Shown: piece after piece, positions 20,352 to 29,857 of the stretch
Position numbering within the stretch: the first letter of the stretch is position 1
Layout of the letters: every line of letters starts with the position of its first letter
From: Promethearchaeota archaeon
GTDB lineage: Archaea; Asgardarchaeota; Lokiarchaeia; Sigyniarchaeales; SOKP01
Direction: 5' to 3'
Assembly (NCBI GenBank): GCA_048941015.1
Contig: JBHLNZ010000023.1
Coordinates: 1 to 45,223, forward strand
DNA length: 45,223 bases
Translations under genes and position numbers: made by a program
Notes under the pieces: model-generated
Told to the model about the DNA's origin: nothing
Seen by the model: only the letters and a program-made list of their open reading frames with translations
The model's database searches: none

Positions 20352-21518
20352 ATGGTACAAGCAATAAAAGCAATTTCAAAACCGGATGAAAAGATCTATG
20401 TGTGTGACACAACTTCAATTTCTACTATTAAATCTGTTCTTAGCAATTATTTATTTGTTCCCGATCTTCGAATAAAGCCATTAATAGTCGAAAAACTGAT
20501 AGAATATTTACAAAGTAAAATTAATGATAAAAAATATAAAATTAAGTTTTATATTGCTAAAAAAAATCAAAATATAACAGGTTATATAGTATGCCAGATA
20601 GATAATGAATACAAGAGCTATAGTAGGAAGTGTGCAACATTTGGGTGGGTATATTTTCAAGATTTCGAAAGTTGTAGAGCATTATTGGAATCTTGCGAAG
20701 AATTTGTAAATAAATTTCGAATTCGAAAAATAAGAGGGCCAATTAACTTTCCAACTTATATAGGAGGGATTGGCTGGCAAACCTACGGTTTTCATAATCC
20801 GATGATGGCAGGAGTTGCTTTCTCAGATCCACAATCTAAAGCATTAGAATATCTCCAAAAGTTAGGATATGAGGTTGAATCAAAATATACATGCGTTTAT
20901 GTTACCGAATCAGCATGGAAAAAAGGAATTAAACTCGATTCATCTATTAGGTTAGAATTTCGGGATGTAGACGGGATACGAAAATTAAAATCGCAAATCA
21001 TGGAAATTGCTCAAAACTCCTTTTATTCGGTGTTGGCAGATGCTCCTGGAGGTGAAACTAAATTTGAAACTATGATGAACATTTATGATTCACTTCCTGA
21101 ACAATATTATCATTTACCTCCAGATATCGATCTCGAGTCTTATTTCAGAGTTCCTGAGTTTATCGAAGCAGTAAAGAATTGTGATTTTGAGAAAGTAGTT
21201 CATTCAGCACCATTAGCTTTTGACCGAGAAACAGGAAAATTAGTGGGAATAATTTTTGCCCTTCCAGACATATTTCAAATTTGGCTTGGAGAGTATCCTA
21301 CCCATTTAAATGTGGATACTGCTATGGTGGATAAAAACTATGAGCGGAAGGGAATATTCTCTTCACTCAATAATATTGGACAACTTGCTTGTAAGTTAAG
21401 CGCGTTTCATTATTTTGAAGGTACTACCATTTGGTCCAATAATGATCGGGCAATTAAAACTATCTTTCCCCATTCCATACCTATTCGAAAGCATGTCGTG
21501 GTTCAAAAAAGAATCTAA
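20352..21518 (+). CDS. YghO-like tandem GNAT protein (family that includes bacterial ceramide synthase)
   Basis: ATFGW..F.D...ALL...EEF...IRGPINF....G....GF, ALPDI, VDKNYERKGI, EGTTIWSNN. Confidence 0.7.
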   Translation: MVQAIKAISKPDEKIYVCDTTSISTIKSVLSNYLFVPDLRIKPLIVEKLIEYLQSKINDKKYKIKFYIAKKNQNITGYIVCQIDNEYKSYSRKCATFGWVYFQDFESCRALLESCEEFVNKFRIRKIRGPINFPTYIGGIGWQTYGFHNPMMAGVAFSDPQSKALEYLQKLGYEVESKYTCVYVTESAWKKGIKLDSSIRLEFRDVDGIRKLKSQIMEIAQNSFYSVLADAPGGETKFETMMNIYDSLPEQYYHLPPDIDLESYFRVPEFIEAVKNCDFEKVVHSAPLAFDRETGKLVGIIFALPDIFQIWLGEYPTHLNVDTAMVDKNYERKGIFSSLNNIGQLACKLSAFHYFEGTTIWSNNDRAIKTIFPHSIPIRKHVVVQKRI

Positions 21519-21532
21519 ATTACTTTTTTATT

Positions 21533-21709
21533 TTACTTCATATTGGGTATTTGATTTCTTTCTCTCCATATTTTTAAGTATTGCTTGAAAAGTAAGTTGG
21601 AAATACCTAATGAATTCATTAAATTAAATTCTTTTACTTCATTTTCATTTTTTTTTAGTTTATGTTTAAATTCAGATTCCCAATCAAAAAATGACGAGGC
21701 TTCTTTCAT
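21533..21709 (-). CDS. possible 58-aa hypothetical protein
   Basis: ATG-started frame MKEASSFFDWESEFK...QIPNMK* in an otherwise empty gap. Below the track size cut-off. Confidence 0.3.
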   Translation of the reverse strand: MKEASSFFDWESEFKHKLKKNENEVKEFNLMNSLGISNLLFKQYLKIWRERNQIPNMK

Positions 21710-21977
21710 AGATAAGAAGTTTAATTACAATTATTAAAATCTAAGCTGTGTTTAAAATTACTGAATTTATAATTTACCCCAACTATTTCAAAATTGATTT
21801 ATGTCGAGATTTTGTCGTTGATTGAGTAATAAAAAATGTAAATCAAAAAATTAGGAAGGACGCATTATTTAAATTCAATAAAAATATACTTATATTGCCT
21901 TTGAACTTATAGGACGCCTAAAAATTTCTCAAGGTTAGAAATATTATTTCTAACTATATAAATCTTTTCTCCTTTTT

Positions 21978-22814
21978 TTACTGATTCTGCATTTTCTTCC
22001 TGAAATTATAGATTGATTTTAAAAGATGAAATTCTTTCTTTTGAAGAAGGTTTTTTCTTCTTAAGATATCATATAATAAATGTAATCCAAATATTGGTTC
22101 AAATTTTCTTACAGCAACATAAAGGAGAGTCTTTTTAATATTTAAATTTGAGGAAAAACTTGCAGAATTTTTAAAATGAGAAATTTCATTGCTAAAGTTT
22201 TTTAAAAAGTTCCCTATTGCTTCATAGCAAAGATTTCGTACATTTGGGTCTAAAAATCGAGCTAATTTGTATCCATAGTTTCTAAATGTAGTAATATTCA
22301 AGGAAGTGAGTGTCCCAGGAATAATTGTACTGTTTATTTTTGATTTAGAATAGACACAAAAATTTGGAGTTATTTTTCTGCATTCATAATAAGGCGCAAA
22401 ATGTAAGGGAAAAAGAGGTGTTATTATTCTATCTTTTTTAGTATTCATATAATAAACGCGTCCACGATACATTTTATGCAGTTCTTTCTCAATTTTTGTG
22501 AGTGAGATTCCTTCTTCATAGCAAGGATACTTATTAAAAGATATACCATCTAATATCCATATCACATACAAATCATTATCATTATACTCCTTAGTACGTT
22601 GTTTTATATCTTCAACCTTGATTTTTGAACGTTGTATCTCTATTATAATCTCTTTTCCATCTTTTAATTTTAAATATATATCTGCTATACGTTTTCCAAT
22701 ACAATATTCAAGTATAATTCTAGTTACAGGATTATCTTGAGGTAGATTTGTATTAAGATATTCTTTAATCCTTAGATGCTCAAATGATTCTGAAATCTTA
22801 CTATTTGAGTTCAT
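21978..22814 (-). CDS. CoiA-like PD-(D/E)xK nuclease family protein
   Basis: ES.EH..IK, LEY.IG.RIADI, IIIEIQRS.I......RT..Y......VIWI: the CoiA-family pattern. Confidence 0.75.
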   Translation of the reverse strand: MNSNSKISESFEHLRIKEYLNTNLPQDNPVTRIILEYCIGKRIADIYLKLKDGKEIIIEIQRSKIKVEDIKQRTKEYNDNDLYVIWILDGISFNKYPCYEEGISLTKIEKELHKMYRGRVYYMNTKKDRIITPLFPLHFAPYYECRKITPNFCVYSKSKINSTIIPGTLTSLNITTFRNYGYKLARFLDPNVRNLCYEAIGNFLKNFSNEISHFKNSASFSSNLNIKKTLLYVAVRKFEPIFGLHLLYDILRRKNLLQKKEFHLLKSIYNFRKKMQNQ

Positions 22815-22988
22815 TTGTCTCTATTATGCCCCTGAAAGAATAAGGATTAAAAAGCTAAATATTGTTTTATTTTAAAAGAGATATCAATAATAGTGAATTA
22901 TCGATTAAAATTATCAATTCATATTAATAAGATAAAGTTCTCTCAATCTTAAAAAATATTAAAAATCATTATTCAATTATAGTATTAT

Positions 22989-23717
22989 ATGATCTCTGCT
23001 GTTACATTTGATCTTTGGAACACTTTGATCACCCGTGTTTCTTATAACAAGATTAGATTCAACTTTTTGATTAAATATTTTAAAAGTCATAAATTGGATT
23101 TTGATTTTAAAGAATTAAAGAGCCAATTTGATAATTTTTTTACTTTGGAAAGATATAATTCAAATGTTAATTCAAATACTATAATAATTAATCACATTTT
23201 TACTGAAGATCGGATTATTAATTTACTTGACGCACTCAATATTAGCTTGCAGAAAAAAGAAATAAATTTACTTAAAACAAATTTTGAAAGAGCAGTCTTT
23301 AAAAATCCACCTAAATTAAAATTAAGTGTTAAAGAAACGTTGAAAAAACTCGCGATTGATTATAAAATAGGCCTTATTTCTGATATAGGGATAACTCCTG
23401 GACATTTATTGAGAAAAATCATGAAAAGAAATAAAATACTTCAATACTTTGACACTCTTATCTTTTCCGATGAAATTGGATATTATAAACCTCACCCTAT
23501 ATTGTTTGAAACAGCTTTAACAAATCTAAACGTTAAACCTCATAATGCGATTCATATTGGAGATTTATTAGAAACTGATATTCAAGGAGCAAAAAATGCA
23601 AATATGTTAAGTGTTTGGATTAACGATTTATCTATGCCTAGATCTGTGGAAATTCAACCTGATTATGAAATACGTCAAATTTCAGAAGTAATAGAGATTA
23701 TACAGAATTTAAGTTAG
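22989..23717 (+). CDS. HAD-superfamily hydrolase
   Basis: FDLWNTL, ISD, KPHP.LF, HIGDLLETDIQGA. Confidence 0.92.
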   Translation: MISAVTFDLWNTLITRVSYNKIRFNFLIKYFKSHKLDFDFKELKSQFDNFFTLERYNSNVNSNTIIINHIFTEDRIINLLDALNISLQKKEINLLKTNFERAVFKNPPKLKLSVKETLKKLAIDYKIGLISDIGITPGHLLRKIMKRNKILQYFDTLIFSDEIGYYKPHPILFETALTNLNVKPHNAIHIGDLLETDIQGAKNANMLSVWINDLSMPRSVEIQPDYEIRQISEVIEIIQNLS

Positions 23718-23889
23718 ATTTTTTAAAATGATAGAATTTATTACTGAAATTTTTTCTTTTTAAATCGCATAAAGCCTAAATTTATATTGAAAATCTGTAT
23801 TTTATAGTATATACAAATTTATCAAATCCAGAAAAAAAAATATTCGCTAAAACATTGTAATCTTTTATTTAAATAAATTATTTGCTAAA

Positions 23890-24102
23890 ATGCCTGATTT
23901 AAAGCTCTTTAACTGTCCTCGCTGTGGGAATAAAAATGTTTTAGATTTTGATGAAATAGTGGAATGTCCTGCATGTGGATTATCATTCACGAAAGAAATC
24001 CTTAAAAAGATTGAAGAAGAAAATATAATTGCTGATGAAGAAATCATGGAACTTCTGAAATCTTTTAAAAAGAATGGTGATATTAATAAACTAAAAGAAT
24101 AA
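23890..24102 (+). CDS. small Zn-ribbon protein
   Basis: CPRCG...CPACG with an acidic helical tail. Confidence 0.75.
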   Translation: MPDLKLFNCPRCGNKNVLDFDEIVECPACGLSFTKEILKKIEEENIIADEEIMELLKSFKKNGDINKLKE

Positions 24103-24134
24103 TATTCATTGCCCAATTATATGGAATACTTCTC

Positions 24135-24503
24135 TTATTCAGGTAAATAAAATTTACATAAAATACATTGTTTTACTTTTAATCTTCTTTCTGGTCCAAG
24201 AATAATATATTTACTCTGCATTTCTCCTCCACATTTTGGGCAGTTCTTTACGAAATTTTCTTTTATAGCATTTAATACTTGCTGGATATTTTTTTCAAGT
24301 TTCAGTAATTCATTAGCATTACGAATGATTTTTTTTGCAGAAACAATTCCTATCCCTTTTATCCATGCTAATTGTTCAGGTTTAGAATTTGCTATTTCTT
24401 CAATCGTTTTTACTCCCGCTTTATTTAAGTTAATTGCTGCTACTGGACCAATTCCCCTGACACGTTCGAGTTCATTGGACATTATAGACACTCTAATTAT
24501 CAA
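24135..24503 (-). CDS. tandem helix-hairpin-helix + Zn-ribbon protein
   Basis: VRGIGP and IKGIG HhH motifs, CPKCG...CILC. True start is probably the second Met (MSNEL). Confidence 0.85.
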   Translation of the reverse strand: MIIRVSIMSNELERVRGIGPVAAINLNKAGVKTIEEIANSKPEQLAWIKGIGIVSAKKIIRNANELLKLEKNIQQVLNAIKENFVKNCPKCGGEMQSKYIILGPERRLKVKQCILCKFYLPE

Positions 24504-24656
24504 TTCTATGTATTATAAAATATATTTTTCAGAATTAAGCTAATTCATCAAATAAAGCATATTTTGAATATGTTCAAATTTTGAGTAATTTATATATATA
24601 AAGTGAATTCTAAAAGATAAAATTTAAGAATTAAAAAAAAAGTATTTTAAAAAAAG

Positions 24657-25385
24657 TTATTTTTCTATTTGACGTCCAACTCCATAATACATTAAGTATC
24701 CTCCGCATATAGCCAAGATTAGTCCAATTAGCCCCATTATTGTTCTAAATATCGTTATGCCTAAAAAGTTTGAGACAAATATTCCATACATAAAAATCGC
24801 GAGAGCACAAAATCCATATATGAAATATTTCCACTTCTTTTTCAAAATTTCATCTTCAAATTTACCTAATATTCTAAATGAAAGAAATAATGCGGGTAAT
24901 ACAGCAAATGATTCTATAATAACAAGATAGATGAAAAAAGGAAAACTCCACTTCGGTGACCATCCAGTAACTACATTTATTTCAACACCCCATTCTGGTA
25001 TAAGTAAGAAAAATATCATACTAAACATTGCTATACCATAAACAATAAGAATAATTAATTGCTTGGGGGATGTAATTACCTTTTCTGATTTCAGAAGAAT
25101 TAGTTCAAAAACAACTAAAAAGATCGGAGCATAAAAAATTCCGAAATTAGTTATGAAATTTAAAGCAATTATAACTGCTTCTTCAGTTAAGGGGCCATAG
25201 ATAAAATTAATAAGCAATCCGAATACAGGAGATATATAAAAGCTAGCAAAGATTACATTCAATCGTTTTCTATCTCTTTTAAGAATTTTGAAAGCTAAAA
25301 ATAGAAATACGGCAAAAACTAGTCCTTGTGCTATATAAATTGTAATAAATCGAGTTAATGATAATGGTTCTTGAAATAATACCAT
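24657..25385 (-). CDS. stand-alone 7-TM protein (HisKA_7TM-like sensor fold)
   Basis: Seven hydrophobic helices, W.P.WS loop, LKKKW.YF motif. Paralogue of the upstream gene. Confidence 0.75.
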   Translation of the reverse strand: MVLFQEPLSLTRFITIYIAQGLVFAVFLFLAFKILKRDRKRLNVIFASFYISPVFGLLINFIYGPLTEEAVIIALNFITNFGIFYAPIFLVVFELILLKSEKVITSPKQLIILIVYGIAMFSMIFFLLIPEWGVEINVVTGWSPKWSFPFFIYLVIIESFAVLPALFLSFRILGKFEDEILKKKWKYFIYGFCALAIFMYGIFVSNFLGITIFRTIMGLIGLILAICGGYLMYYGVGRQIEK

Positions 25386-25524
25386 ACTTTATTCACTTAA
25401 ATTATTTTTTTTCAATTTTATGTTAATATTATTGTAGAAGACTAATTTAAATGCATTTAACATGGCGATATTCTTTATAAATAAAATAAAGTTGTTCTCT
25501 CAAAATATATCGATAGATTTATAT

Positions 25525-26235
25525 TTAGAGTTTTTTTGCTACTCCATGATATATAAAATAAAGTGATATTAAAGTAGGCAATGAGATTAATGACCATATT
25601 AATCGAAAGGTTTGATTTGCTAAAGTATTAGAAAGCGAGGTACCATAATAAAGGAAAAAGTAAGCAAAGATTCCTATAAGAAAATATCTCCATTTTTTTT
25701 TCAATTCTTCATGTTTAAATTTATTATATATTTTTATAGAGAAATAGATAGCAGGACCAATTGCAATGAAAGTACATATCAAAATACTATAAATAAAGAA
25801 AGGCCAGCTCCATACAGGCTTCCAATTTGTAGTGTCATTTATAGTAATTCCATTTGGAATAAACCATACACCAAAAATACTGGCTCCAAAGATGAAAATA
25901 ATCATAAACCTTCTTCTAATTGTAATGATTTTTTCAGATTTTAAAACCAATAATACAAAAGTCAATAAGAAGATTAATGATAAACAAAGAATATAATATG
26001 TAAGAAAATATAAAACATAAACAATAGTCTCGTTAAGTATTAACGAATAAATTATATTTATGGTAACACCAACACCCCCACAGATATAAAAAACACTTAA
26101 AGTAAAATTTATCCCTTTTTTTTCCCTTCTGAGAATCTTAAATGCCACAAATAAATATACAAATCCAATTAATCCTTGTACAATAAAAACTTGAATAAAT
26201 CTAGGAACATCAAAAGTTTGTACTAAAATAAACAA
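25525..26235 (-). CDS. stand-alone 7-TM protein (HisKA_7TM-like sensor fold)
   Basis: Seven helices. Shares RFI...QGL, KSEK.IT, WKPVWS, LKKKW.YF, IYHGV with its neighbour. Confidence 0.75.
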   Translation of the reverse strand: MFILVQTFDVPRFIQVFIVQGLIGFVYLFVAFKILRREKKGINFTLSVFYICGGVGVTINIIYSLILNETIVYVLYFLTYYILCLSLIFLLTFVLLVLKSEKIITIRRRFMIIFIFGASIFGVWFIPNGITINDTTNWKPVWSWPFFIYSILICTFIAIGPAIYFSIKIYNKFKHEELKKKWRYFLIGIFAYFFLYYGTSLSNTLANQTFRLIWSLISLPTLISLYFIYHGVAKKL

Positions 26236-26401
26236 ATCTAACCCCTTAAGACTAATTAAATGATTTGGTATAAATGTGTTTGTCTAGAATAAATATTAAA
26301 CCTTATTATATAAAAATGCTCACTTAACCATAATTACCAAATCAAAATTACGTAACCAATTTCTGTAAAAAATTAAAAATAAAACCTTTTTTAACGTAAT
26401 C

Positions 26402-26590
26402 CTATTTTTCTCGCCATTCGGTGCCGCATCGACCACATCTATACTTTTTACCATACACTCTTGGATAATCACTTATTATATTCGTTCTATCGGTTGATTC
26501 ATGAAGCATATTCATATTTTCTTCTCCACATGAAGGGCATTTGCGTCGACCATCACTTTTTTCTATTGTGAGTACTTTATCTTCTCCCAT
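26402..26590 (-). CDS. small Zn-ribbon protein
   Basis: RRKCPSCG...KKYRCGRCGTEW. Confidence 0.8.
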   Translation of the reverse strand: MGEDKVLTIEKSDGRRKCPSCGEENMNMLHESTDRTNIISDYPRVYGKKYRCGRCGTEWREK

Positions 26591-26757
26591 CTTAAATTAT
26601 CAACTCTTTATCTTCTAGTTTTTTTCTAGTTCTTGATAAATTAATTAAAATAGAGTTTATTAAATCTTTTTAAATATTTAAAATAAGAATTTAATGTTTT
26701 AAAATTATTTGTGCTTCTTTAGCATCTTAGTATCAAAAATAAAAAAGAGTCAATTTT

Positions 26758-27366
26758 TCAGTCCTTATTCTGAATGAGAAGATTTTTACCATATTCTTTT
26801 AAGCGTTCAAATAATTCCGGATTTGATAGTTGAAATTTGAATATAAACTCATCAAAAACTTTATTAAAGAGTTCCATAATGTCAGTTGTGTCATTTTGTA
26901 TCTCAAAAAAATAGATGATATCATATTCTTTTACTTTTTCTATTACGCTATATCTATCGATTCTTAAAATATTAGAACGATTGTAATTTTTAGTTAGATG
27001 AGTATCAATTAAGGAAAGAATCGAAATCCCTCTAAAATCAAACTTGATAGAAAAATCATTAAAATCCTCGAAATTGAAATTTACAAAAGAAGGAATATTA
27101 TATAAATTTAAAGTTATTAATATTATATCTAAATTTTTAAAGCTTTTATTAACTTCCATAAGTTCTTTAAAATTTGTTGCCAAATATACCTTAATTTTTA
27201 AAGGAACTCGATTATGAATTAAATAATATTCATTTTTTTCACTGATCGTTGGATATATGTTATTTTTATTTAGATACGTTATAAAAACTTCTTTTCCGGA
27301 ATCTTCTTCTCCAATAATTCCTAAATGCAAAGTGAAATATACTTTTTTCAAAAATATTCGTTCCAA
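26758..27366 (-). CDS. degenerate Ras-like small GTPase
   Basis: hhhhGEEDSGKE (G1-like), DIILITLNLYNIPSF (beta4 + SF), YFFE...I.ELF (G5 region). G3 DxxG and G4 NKxD are not recognisable. Confidence 0.6.
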   Translation of the reverse strand: MERIFLKKVYFTLHLGIIGEEDSGKEVFITYLNKNNIYPTISEKNEYYLIHNRVPLKIKVYLATNFKELMEVNKSFKNLDIILITLNLYNIPSFVNFNFEDFNDFSIKFDFRGISILSLIDTHLTKNYNRSNILRIDRYSVIEKVKEYDIIYFFEIQNDTTDIMELFNKVFDEFIFKFQLSNPELFERLKEYGKNLLIQNKD

Positions 27367-27438
27367 AAATAATAACTTACTTAAATAATATAATTAAATT
27401 ATGTTATTTAAAATATTGATTAACATAATAGTGAGAAT

Positions 27439-28365
27439 ATGCTTTTAAATTATTTATTATTGTCAATAATGATAATCATTTGGAGCTTTTCCTTCATTAT
27501 GGTTGATTTTGCAGTAGAATTTATTCCACCTTTATCTGTGGCACTCTACAGATTTATTATCGCTTCAATTACATTTCTAATAATTGATCTTTATCTTTAC
27601 TTAAAAAAAACAAATCGAAAAGAAAAATTATCAACAAACTCACATCACATTAATTTTTCAAAAAACGAATGGCTTTTTATTATTTTATCAAGTTTTTCAG
27701 GAGTATCTTTATTTTTCCTAACCCAATATAATGCCATTAATATAATTGGACCTTCTCTCCCTGCCCTATTTGTGTGTTTATTAGCTCCTCTAATAATTTC
27801 AATATTAGCTTTAATTTTTTTTAATGAAAAGTTGAGCTTTTTGAAAATCATTGGATTTATTATAGCAACTTTTGGAGGTTTTTTACTAATTACTGGAGGA
27901 AATATTGAAAATATTGCCCCAGAATCTCCACACTTTTTAGGTTATCTGTTTGCACTTCTAACACCAATATTATGGGCAATTTATGCAACTTTGACTAAAA
28001 AATTGTCTAAAAAACACTCTATCAATACATTAAATAAATATATCTCATATTTTGGAACATTAGAATTATTAATTTTTGTTTTGGTCGCTAATGAATTTAA
28101 AATTTTAATTTCAAATTTCTTTAATATTATTTTATTCTTTAGTGCTATTTATCTTGGAGTAGGATGTTACGTAATTGGATACTTCATATGGCAAAATTCT
28201 CAAAACAAATTAAAATCTTCCAAAGTTGCTTCATTTTTATATATAGAACCATTTTTAACCCTTTTATTTTCAACTCTTCTAAGGCGAGCTGAAATAATTG
28301 TTATATGGAACATTATAGGAGGTGTCTTTGTTTTAGTAGCGATGTTAATAATTAATTACAAATAA
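27439..28365 (+). CDS. EamA/DMT family transporter
   Basis: 10 TM, IWSFSF, PPL..A.YRF, NEKLS, W...Q..L....VA.FLYIEP. Confidence 0.9.
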   Translation: MLLNYLLLSIMIIIWSFSFIMVDFAVEFIPPLSVALYRFIIASITFLIIDLYLYLKKTNRKEKLSTNSHHINFSKNEWLFIILSSFSGVSLFFLTQYNAINIIGPSLPALFVCLLAPLIISILALIFFNEKLSFLKIIGFIIATFGGFLLITGGNIENIAPESPHFLGYLFALLTPILWAIYATLTKKLSKKHSINTLNKYISYFGTLELLIFVLVANEFKILISNFFNIILFFSAIYLGVGCYVIGYFIWQNSQNKLKSSKVASFLYIEPFLTLLFSTLLRRAEIIVIWNIIGGVFVLVAMLIINYK

Positions 28366-28407
28366 CGAGAGAATTTATGCTTAATTTATAATTGAAGTAG
28401 TTAAAAC

Positions 28408-29835
28408 TTATTTTAAAAAATTCGAAGCAATTTTATCTAATTCTTTTTTAAGATTCTCATCTATTTGCTTAATAGGTGGTTTGCGCATTAATCTTTCAGC
28501 CTCCTCTTTTGCTCTCTTTCTTGCAGATTTAGATCCCAATTCTTTCCAGGAATCACGAGATTGTCTGTCAATTATTTTTCCAGGAATAAAGAGTTCCTTC
28601 CTAAATAGTTTGAGGGTAGTGTGATGAGATAACAATTCTTCTTTTTCACTATAATCCTCGAGAATATCGGCAGCAAAAGGAACGCCATAATCTTCAATAC
28701 CATTTATAAATCTTTTAACCATTCCGATTATTTCATTATCAATGATAAGTTTTTCAATACTCTGTGTAGATTCAAAGTCCAACATACCAGGACCAGACAC
28801 CATATTAATACCTGTAATTGCAGCTAAAATAGCTCCAATACCTGCCTCAAAACCCGCTTGGGCATCAGGAATTTTGGAATCACTTAAACTCATATAAGCA
28901 TGAGTTGGTAAGTCTAGAAATTTACCCATCTCGTTATTTCCGATATTTATCATCATAGTTTCAATCGCACCCATAGGAGTAGTTCCATATCTCATATCCA
29001 TGACTGATGGAGAACCTCCCCATACTATTGGAGCGCCGGGATTTGATAATTGGGCAATCACTACACCTGCTAAACTCTCAGCGCAATGTTGAGTAATACA
29101 TCCAATTATAGTAATGGGAGCACTAGCACCTGCGAGTGGCATTGATACAAATTCAGAAGGGATCATGCTTTTTGCCGCATCAATTACAGATTGAGTCGTT
29201 AGATCCGACCATTTAAGAGGTGGGCTTGGACAAGCATCAAAGATGGCTAATGGTCTTCTTGCTAAATCATCTTCAGATAAACGACAAGTTAATAGAATTT
29301 CTTTCATCACAGAAAAACTTTCTTTTCTAAATGTCCCAGTAATAATAGGTTTGTAGCAATTAGAGAGAGCAAGATATAATCGATGCCAATCTTGAGCTTC
29401 TTTAGGAACATCTTGATAAATCAATGCGGTACTTTGCGCTTCTATATAATTTAAATGTTCTACTATTTTTGAAAAGCGTACAAAGTCTTTGGAATGAGCA
29501 TCTCTTATATTACCTGTATTTTCATCTAAAATCAAGATAGCAGCTGAACCAGGGTCATAATATACATTTTTATCTTTCAATTCAATATGTTTATTACCAT
29601 CTCGATCATACAATATAATCTCATTTGGAACTTTCTTTAAACATCTTTCAACTAAATCTGATGGGATTAAAAATCGTGAATTTTTACCAGAGATTCCATG
29701 TTCAGAAAATAAATCAATAGCTTCTTTATTTTCTATAAAAACGCCTTGTTTTTCAAGAATCTGTTTTGCTTCGTTAAAAATCTTGAGTTTATGCTCCTCA
29801 TCCAATAACGTTATTTCAGGTCTTAAAATTGTCAT
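28408..29835 (-). CDS. mttB: trimethylamine methyltransferase (MttB) superfamily, non-pyrrolysine
   Basis: SPPL, PLAGASAPIT..G...Q..AE.LAG, PGAP..WG, DMRYG, SDSK.PDAQAGFE, GPGML. No in-frame TAG. Confidence 0.88.
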   Translation of the reverse strand: MTILRPEITLLDEEHKLKIFNEAKQILEKQGVFIENKEAIDLFSEHGISGKNSRFLIPSDLVERCLKKVPNEIILYDRDGNKHIELKDKNVYYDPGSAAILILDENTGNIRDAHSKDFVRFSKIVEHLNYIEAQSTALIYQDVPKEAQDWHRLYLALSNCYKPIITGTFRKESFSVMKEILLTCRLSEDDLARRPLAIFDACPSPPLKWSDLTTQSVIDAAKSMIPSEFVSMPLAGASAPITIIGCITQHCAESLAGVVIAQLSNPGAPIVWGGSPSVMDMRYGTTPMGAIETMMINIGNNEMGKFLDLPTHAYMSLSDSKIPDAQAGFEAGIGAILAAITGINMVSGPGMLDFESTQSIEKLIIDNEIIGMVKRFINGIEDYGVPFAADILEDYSEKEELLSHHTTLKLFRKELFIPGKIIDRQSRDSWKELGSKSARKRAKEEAERLMRKPPIKQIDENLKKELDKIASNFLK

Positions 29836-29857
29836 TTTTTATTCGAATTCATCCAAT

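Noticed and set aside
24657-26235. 7TM proteins as rhodopsins
   Set aside because: No Schiff-base lysine motif within helix 7.
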